Assembly (NCBI RefSeq): GCF_964355755.1
Contig: NC_092678.1
Coordinates: 18,617,365-18,681,364 of the forward strand
Source of the DNA: Antedon mediterranea
Lineage: Eukaryota > Animalia > Echinodermata
DNA: 64,000 nt
Direction: 5' to 3'
Position 1 is the stretch's first letter. Each line of letters opens with the position of its first letter. Below, piece after piece: positions 11,201 through 20,200 of the stretch. The notes under the pieces are model-generated. The model saw nothing but the letters and a program-made list of their open reading frames with translations. It had not been told where the DNA came from and ran no database searches. Both the position numbers and the translations under genes were made by a program.

Positions 11201-14200
11201 CCTATGCCACAACCAATACTACTACTATTATTATTATTATTATTATTATTTGGGATGTACAGAACAGTAAAGATGCACCAACATATGGGGCACCATAAGT
11301 AGCAAAAGTGTATCTTGTCCAAGATCTTCACTTGCACTGATGAAGGTCTAGTGTTGCCCGAAACCTCTGCTAACTTTTCTGGCTGTTTTACTTTATCGTT
11401 TTGATTTAACTTATCGCTTTCTTTTGGTATCTCCATTGCGATCCAGCCACTGATACCCACAGCATTGTCTTTTTTTTCAGTATTTTGCTTTTGGATTTGT
11501 ATGTAATTTACAGCTCTACACACTTGTGTTTAACACACATACATATTTGCTGCTTATGGCGCCCCATACCGACCAATGTTTCAATATACTTATTCCCGCG
11601 GTTTTAACTATTTGAAAAACTAAACGTCGACTGGAAACAGATGATTTACTCGTCAGTTCATCAATGATTTAAACATATCGAGATCTTCGAAAGTGTTGGA
11701 TGTTAATTAATGGCATAAAGATAATGATTATTCACAATATTTTTGAAAATGAAAATGTGGTAGGCCTATTAAAGATGAAGAAGAAGAAAAAAAACACAAA
11801 ACATTGTAAAAATCAATCGTTGCCGCTTTTGTTTCAGAGATTCAGACACAGTAAGACGACATTTCTTTTCTAACAAAGAATACTTCAAATGCGAAACTGA
11901 TTTTGGATGGACCGTTGTTGTATCACGATATGGACATTGTGAGTGGGAAAGGAAACAACCTGATTACCCTTTGATGTTGTATTCACCCGTACCAAAAGGT
12001 GTATTCTGGCATTCTAGTAAGTTGTGTGTAATTGTCTACGATAAAGCCCTCGTTACCAAGATGTGCCAAAAAAAAAAAGAAAGCCGCCTGGACATCAATT
12101 TTACCTCCCGTTACGTTTAATTGTTTGTCAGGTCCCAAAGGTCATGGTTTGTCTACAAATCGTTGGCCTAAGACGACCTAGGCAAAGTTTACGGCTTTCG
12201 CTCTGAGCGTGAAATAAATTATTGCAGGCGACGATTGTGCACTGCATAGTCTATGGGAGAGAAGCGTTCCAATATTGACATTCGGTTTGTTTTCAGGATG
12301 GCCATGCATCATCGAAACTACGTTATTAGTATCTGCTCGCATAAATAACTTGCACTTTGAAATTTCTAGTATTAATTGCATATACCATCAAATATAAGAT
12401 ACGAAGGACCGGTAAAATAATGAATTATGTAAACTGTGCATGCGCACTTTCTAATCTTGAAAGACATATACATAGCCCATTGCCGCCGCGGTAGTCGTTC
12501 CCGACAAAAATAATGTTAAGCTTCTATAACAATAGAAAACATGCGCAATCAATCATAACTCAGGAATGTTCGATTCGCAAATTGAAAACCGGCTTGAGGG
12601 TTGAGAATGGGTTATATGCATCTTTCAATTGAAATAAAAAAATCTTTTCTTTATGCATAGATGATGCGGGTATTGCAGATTTTATGGCCATTTTCTTAAA
12701 ATTTTCAGGTAATGCATAGTACTTTACAATAATACAAATTCTAACATGGGATTGATTCCACAGAGTATATTTTGCCGTTTTAAATGAATAGTGAATTTGT
12801 ATGGCATTATTAGTATTTTATATTATTAGTGTAATAGTTTTTAATGTGTTCAATTCAATTGATTTGATTGACTACTAATATCCGACTAATTTCTGACTAT
12901 TCTTTGACTAGTCTTCGATTATTCTTCTACTAATGTTTGACTATTCTCTGAATAATATCCAGTTTTCCCCGACTATTCTCCGACAATGCTTCGACTAGTC
13001 CTCGGACTAATCTCCGACTATTCTCCGATAAATTTCCAACTTCTATTCGACTTATCTCCGGCTTTACTCCGACTAATCTATTTCGGCTGTACTTAGTGCT
13101 TCGTTAAATCTTTGTAATGATTGGCTTATTGATAATCGACTTACAATTCATCCAGGTAAAACTGAATGCATTCTGTTGGGAACGAAACGTCGATTAAAAA
13201 ATGTCTCATTCCAACTCAATGCCCTTGAATGTGATATCAAATCAACAGAGTTGGTAAGGTATTTAGGTGTCCAGATTGACCAACAGGCTTCTGGGAATCT
13301 GATTGCCAATTCAGTAATAACTAGTGCAAATAGCAGTTTAAAATTTATGTACAGACAATCCAAATATCTTGATTTTGGTAGTAGGAAACTTCTCTCTTCA
13401 GCTCTAATTCAGCCTCTTTTTTACTATGCTTCCCCAGCATGGTATAATGACTCTTCTCAGGTTCACAAACTCAGGCTTCAGACTACTCAAAACAAAATAT
13501 TCAGATTTATTACTCAATCAGATTCGAGATCTCAGGTTGGTCAATCTGAGCTGAAATCAATTGGATATCTGAACGTCCCAGAAAGAGTTAAGTTCAAATG
13601 TTTATGCAATGTATATAAAATTTTTAATAATTCTGCCCCAATGTATCTAAATAGTAACTTTGTTCGTATTGTTGATTACCACTCTAGAAGGACACGTAGT
13701 GCCACAAATTTAAATTTTAGGATTCCAATAATTAAGGGCTGCGAACAAAAAACTTTTTATTACAACTCAATAAAAGCCTGGAACGCTATACCATTATATG
13801 TAAAAAGTAATATTTCATTAGAAAATTTTAAATTGTCACTAAAAAAGCATCTCCTCAATATTTAATTCTCATGTGCAATAAATTATAAAAAGGTTTTAGC
13901 ATAATGTAGTAAATCAATAATTTTCTGTAATCTGTAAATTAAGAATAAATAATATAAATATAATAAGGGTAAAAATCAATTGTAATTTTGTTACTTTAGT
14001 GCAATAAATCAATTTTTGTATATATCTCTTATTATAAATCTTTCTTAAAACTGTAACTTAGGATTACATTTTTGATAAGTGTTAGATAAACTGTTATTTT
14101 TAAACTTTTGTATTTTTATGCTATTTTTTAAGGATTCTTTTGATGTAATTTGTATGTTCTTTATCAGTTCCTTGTTTTTAGGACCCAAGTGGAAATAAGT

Positions 14201-17200
14201 TTTTAACTTTTCTTGGCATTCCTTGTAATCAAGGCCTGTGTTTCTGTGCAATTGTTTTTTCTACTTTTTTTGCATTGTTTTTATTGTTTTTTAACCTTGA
14301 TTACTAAATAAAGAAATTCAAAATTCAAAAAATCTCCGATATTTAGTCGCGTGCAACGTAACTCTACAGCTCACTATGTCGGTCGGTTGGTCGGTAAACA
14401 CTAACGAAAATTTGAGCACGGACTGCAGCCATCTATATGGCCTTGTTTCCTGACTATTCTTCGGCTATTTTACAACTAATCTCCGACTATTCTCCGCCTA
14501 TTCTTTGAGAAACTATTTTTCCACTAATCTCCGGCTCATCAGAATATTTTTTCGGTTTTTTCCTGACTATTCTCCAACTAGTCTCCGAATAATCCCCTTC
14601 TAAAACATCAATGCGATACTGTATTTTAAACTTCAAAATAATGAAACATGTTTTTATATATATTGTTTTAACAATCGTTTTATGTTGTTTTATAGACACA
14701 TGTTCACATGATGTTGTATTATTAAATGGTGTTACGTATACATTTGAAGCATCACCATCGGTATTGTTGGCTCATTCTCTAGAGTTGTGTAGCTTTGATA
14801 ACAGTAAGTTTAGATATAAACAATATTATTAAGTGATAGTATATGATTATTTTCTATAGTATATGGCGTCAAAATCATTAAAAAAACATTGGTACTGCCA
14901 ACATCAGTGATTATTTTGAAAATCTCATACAATTATATGTCTTATAATTTTTTTTATTTTATAGAGTGGTGCTTTTTAATTTATTTCTTCTGTGTTTATA
15001 GGGGTTGAATGAGATTGAAAGCATTTATTTTGGTCGTATAAAAATTGTAAATAATTAATCAGCAAGGATAATATGTTAAATTTACAGGTCCACTGGCACT
15101 GCGCATGTGTAGTGGAGGCGCCTGGGAAGAAATAACGGTTGAAACATGCGCAAGCAATTCCATCAGTAATCTGGCAAAGGTAAAGTTCTAAATATCTCTA
15201 TCATAAAGTTACATAATCAAGTAACTTTAGGTTAGAATTTTATTAGTCTTAAATTGTGCACATTAATCGCTCAATATGTTTTCAAGAACAATGTTGGGTA
15301 GATGAATTCCTTTGTGACTAGTTTCAATGGATTGATTATTTTGATGTAACAATATATTTTGATAATCAGGATTAATTCCACCATAAAGTTTCATCTGACG
15401 ATCAATATTTATTTGACCATCACGATTCATCTGACCATCACGATTCATATGACCATCACGATTCATCTGACCATCACGATACGATTTATCTGACCATCCC
15501 AATTAATTTGACCATCACGATTTATATGACGATAGATATTCATTTGGCTATCTCAATTCATCTGACGATCAATACTAATCTGACCATCACGATTCATCTG
15601 ACCATCACGAATCTTCTGAACATCACGATTCATCTGAGAAACGCGAATCATCTGACCATCAATATTCATTGACTATCACGATTCATCTGATCACGATTCA
15701 TCTGACCATCACGATTCATTTGGCCATCACGATTTATATAATAATAAATGAAAACTTATATAGCGCCGGTATCCTCCACCCATGTGGCGCTCATGGCACT
15801 TTGTGCATTAACAACGTGCGAGAACATCAGCGAATAGCGACGTCTTTAGGTTGGTCTTGAAACTGTTTAGACTAGTTGAGCATTTAACTGTTGCTGGTAA
15901 GCTGTTCCATACACTTGCGGCCGCAACGTAAAAAGATCTCTGACCCCATTGATTTTTCGCTCTACGCTCTTGAAGAAGGTTTTGTGACAATGATCGTAGG
16001 CCTCTGCGGGATGATTCGTAACGATCCACAAGGTCAGATAAATAAGCAGGAGCACTGTCATTTAGGATCTTAAATACAAACAACGCAAGTTTGTACTTAA
16101 TACGTTGTTGAACAGGCAACCAATGCAAATCCATCAGAACAGGAGTTATGTGAGCGTTTGATTTTGTATAAGTTACAATTCTAGCTGCCATATTTTGCAA
16201 GCGCTGCAAACGTTGTATTTGAGATTTTGGTATGCCAAACAACAAGGCATTACCAATGTCAATTTTAGAAGTGACAAATGAGTGTACAATCAATTCAGCT
16301 GTTTTCTTGTTAAGATTACCGCGAATACGACCAAGGTTCCTAATCGATATGCATGCTGCTTTGGATACCGTTGTTATTTGTGCTTCCATAGTGAGATTAC
16401 TATCCAGCATGATTCCCAGATTCCGGACCACCGATGAGGGAGCGATGTTAGAGTTTCCGATTCTGATATGTGTGATGTTGATTTTGGAGATGTTACATTT
16501 AGACCCGACGATAATAAACTCTGTCTTTCCATCATTCAACTTTAGGTAATTTGTTGTCATCCAATTGCGAACATCTTCTATACAGGCTTCCATCTTACTG
16601 ATTGCTGCAGCAACATCCCTTTGCACTGGATTTACTGACACATAAATCTGTGTATCATCTGCATAGAAATGGAAATGTAGACTGTGTTTGCGAATAATGT
16701 CACCAAGGGGAAGCGTATAAATGGAAAACTGGCCAGGCCCAATTACTGACCCCTGTGGTACACCATATTCCAGGCAAGCTTCATCTGAGAATGCATCATT
16801 GATACAGACTAGCTGACGTCTTCCTGTAAGATATGACTGGAACCAGTTAAGAGCAACACCATTAATGCCAATGCGATTTCTCAGACGGGTTATCAGTCTT
16901 TGGTGATCAACAGTATCAAACGCTGCTGACAAATCCAACAACACCAATAGCGTTATTTTCCCATCATTCATTCCTTGTAACAAATCATTCTGTACCTTTA
17001 AAAGGGAACTCTCCGTGCTATGACATGCACGATATGCCGACTGGTAATTCTCATTTAAATTATGCTTTTGAAGATATGGAGTAATGCGTGATGTCACTAC
17101 ACGCTCCAGAGTCTTTCCAAGAAAAGGAAGATTCGACACCAGGCGATAATTTTTCAGCGTGTTATGATCCAAGTTTTGCTTTTTTTATTAAAGGACGAAC

Positions 17201-20200
17201 GTGAGCAATTTTCAGTTCATCTGGCACTATGCCGGTATTAAGAGAATGGTTAATGATTTCCGTTATTATTGGAACGACTGCGTCTATACACTTCTTCAGT
17301 ATAGAAGTAGGAACTGGATCTAACCTGCATGATTTTGTTGGTGATTTCATCAGAATGTTGCGGATCTCATCTTCAGATGCTGGTGTAAATGTTGTGAGAT
17401 GCTGATGAACAGCTGTCACAGGCTCATTAAATGACATGTCATCAATCTTAAAAAAACGATCAATATTCATTTGACCATCACGATTCATCTCATCGTCACG
17501 ATTCATTTCATCGTCACGATTCATTTGGCCATCACGATTAATCTGACGAACAATGTTCATCTGATTATCACGATTCGTCTGACCATCACGATTTATTTGA
17601 CTATCACGATTCATTTGACCAATATACCAGTATTTATTTATTTATTTATAAAAACATACAAACAGCAGCACTTTTTAAAGGCTGAAAACGTTTTTAACAA
17701 ACAAATTAAAACGCATACAATATTACAAGTTTAATAGATAGTTAACATTCATACAAAAATAGATACAATATTATATACAATTGATTTTTACATTTTTTTT
17801 TACATTATTAGGCCTATGCCTATGTTGAATTGTTAACAAAAAATGGATCCAGGTGAAAATTAATCATGAACAAGAGGACTAAAAATAATTTCATCTTTCA
17901 GGTAAAAATAACTGAAGAAAATGCTGAAAAGGTTGGCATGTATCTATCAATCCTTACGAGTGAAGAAAATTTGGACAGCAAAGTTAACATTGAGGATGTT
18001 GCCTTGATTCTAAAAGGAATAACTGGAGTTGGAGGAGGTAATAAAATGGTAAGGGAATTGTTTAAATGCATTTTTCGAGCAGATTATGAAATCGATAGGA
18101 TTTCACAGGAATCGGAGCAGAAAATGAGTCAAGGAAACTTAATTGTTACAATGATGATGACGATTTTAAATACTTTTTAATACATTACACAATTAATAAT
18201 GTGTAAGTATTTTATGTTTTCAGATTACTAACTTTACAGTGAACGTTGTGAGTAACATACAATATGCTGATTATGACGTTTTCACTGCAGACAATAACAC
18301 TATGAGCGCGGCTTCCAGTATCGTGAAGTCTCTAGAAACTCAGCTTGGATCTCTCTCAGACTTTAAAGACGTTGAAAAAAATGTTGCTGTGCAGACCACA
18401 CATTATAGCCGTGAGACACTTTCAAATGGTATCGGATTTGCTTCACTTCAGCCTGGCAATGCTACCAGTCTTCAAAAAGAGAATATCGAAACTTTTGAAG
18501 AAGTTGATGATTTTCTAATGGATATGATAGAAACATCAATTGCTTTGCCGCCGGAAATTGTTGATTTAAGTCTAGATCAAACCGGACCAAAACAGATACA
18601 GGTTAGCTTTATTGTGTACCAGACATCCAAGTTATTTGCTTCGAATCGTCTGATATTCAATAAACAAAGGGCAGTTGGAAGTCGTGTCATTTCTGCTACT
18701 GTTGAAAATGTCACAGTCGAGGGTTTGAATGAGCCAATCAGAGCCGCATTTTTACCGGTAGTGGTAAGTTAATTTATTATTATTACTTTTTTTAAATTGT
18801 GTAAAACCAAAACTGTCCGTATTTTTTATTTATGTACGAAATACATTATGGTACGAAATACTTTACGATACAAGTACACTGCTTTCTAAATTTTCCGTAA
18901 TGTTTATTGTGTTCGAAATACATGACAAGTACATTAAATTAATTTCTCAAATTGTAAATGTTTCTTTCGTATATCACAGGAACATGTATCTGGTAACCCT
19001 GAATGTGTTTTCTGGGACTTTGAGTTAGAAAACGGGCAAGGTGATTGGTCAAACGAAGGCTGCTACTTCAATAAAACATCAGACGGTCGTATCGTCTGCT
19101 TCTGCGATCATTTAACAAACTTCGCTGTCATATTGGTTTGTAATTATTTGTTGTTGCTTTTAATTAGAATGAATTGGATAATATAAGAAATTCACAATCA
19201 AATAAGATATCCGGTCAGCATTACTGGTTATTCTAAATCATAAATATTACACGATCTTACTCTTTTTAAATGGCTTAAACAGATAAATTATAATGGGCGC
19301 TATGACTACTGTAAGAAGAAGTAAACATGGACTTAAGTAAATATTATTGACAATGCTTTTCTCTAAGAATATAGTTGACTGAAGAGTGAAAGCAACGGTT
19401 ACTGTTTTGTTGAAACACCAAAATTCAATCAAGGCAATCTAAATAAAAGGATGCTTAGTGCCGGAGATCAAATGGTTTATCTGTGGCAGCGAGAACACCA
19501 GACACCACGCGCCGCGTAAAATATGTGCATAATACAGTACTGTTGGTATTTGTCGCAGCCAGGCATAAGATCATAGGACTGTTACGAGTTCCGCAACCAA
19601 TCACTACTCGATAGATGATGATTCATCGTGTCAAATTTCTTGTATTACGCTTACGTCAACAGAGTTTTTACCCTTTTTTTGGCAGGATTACCATGGACAA
19701 ACTGGTGAATATGATGTTCTTTCATTCATCAGCATCATCGGTTGTAGCGTATCTATCGCTTGCTTGATTTTCACCATTATTACTTTTACTTGTTTCAGGT
19801 AAGATGTATACATTCTAAAAAAGGGAGAACATTCATTATCCAAAATGTTATAAATATTTGCATGTCCGATCCAGGGCTGGAATTTTTTTGTTTTCTCTAG
19901 AAAAGTGCTTAAGTTAAAAAGCCTTAATTTTTTTTTAAAATATAAAAATGGTACTTTCAGTATTATCTTTAATGAACTTATAATAATTTATAAAAATTAC
20001 AAAAAGCATAAATATTTCTATTCTATCATATATTGATTCCAGTTGTTTTTTCTTTTTTTTTGTGGACGTTTCAACCCATATGATGGCCTAATTAGTATTA
20101 TTGAATTTATCTAATCAATTATTTTTTAGGAACCTACGTGGAAAGCGCCCTCAGCGTATACTAGTTAACTTGTGTTTTTCTTTGCTGTTACTCTACACTA

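Noticed and set aside
15263-15735. MNRDGQ-repeat ORFs (also 17450-17734)
   Set aside because: An 18-bp minisatellite read in frame. Its fusion to the L2 ORF at 17162-17614 is an insertion junction, not a gene.
15808-17172. 454-aa reverse transcriptase as a possible domesticated gene or retron/DGR-type diversifying RT next to variable receptors
   Set aside because: The motifs are those of an ordinary L2-clade LINE. It is 5'-truncated, frameshifted and lacks the endonuclease, and no template/variable repeat pair is seen.
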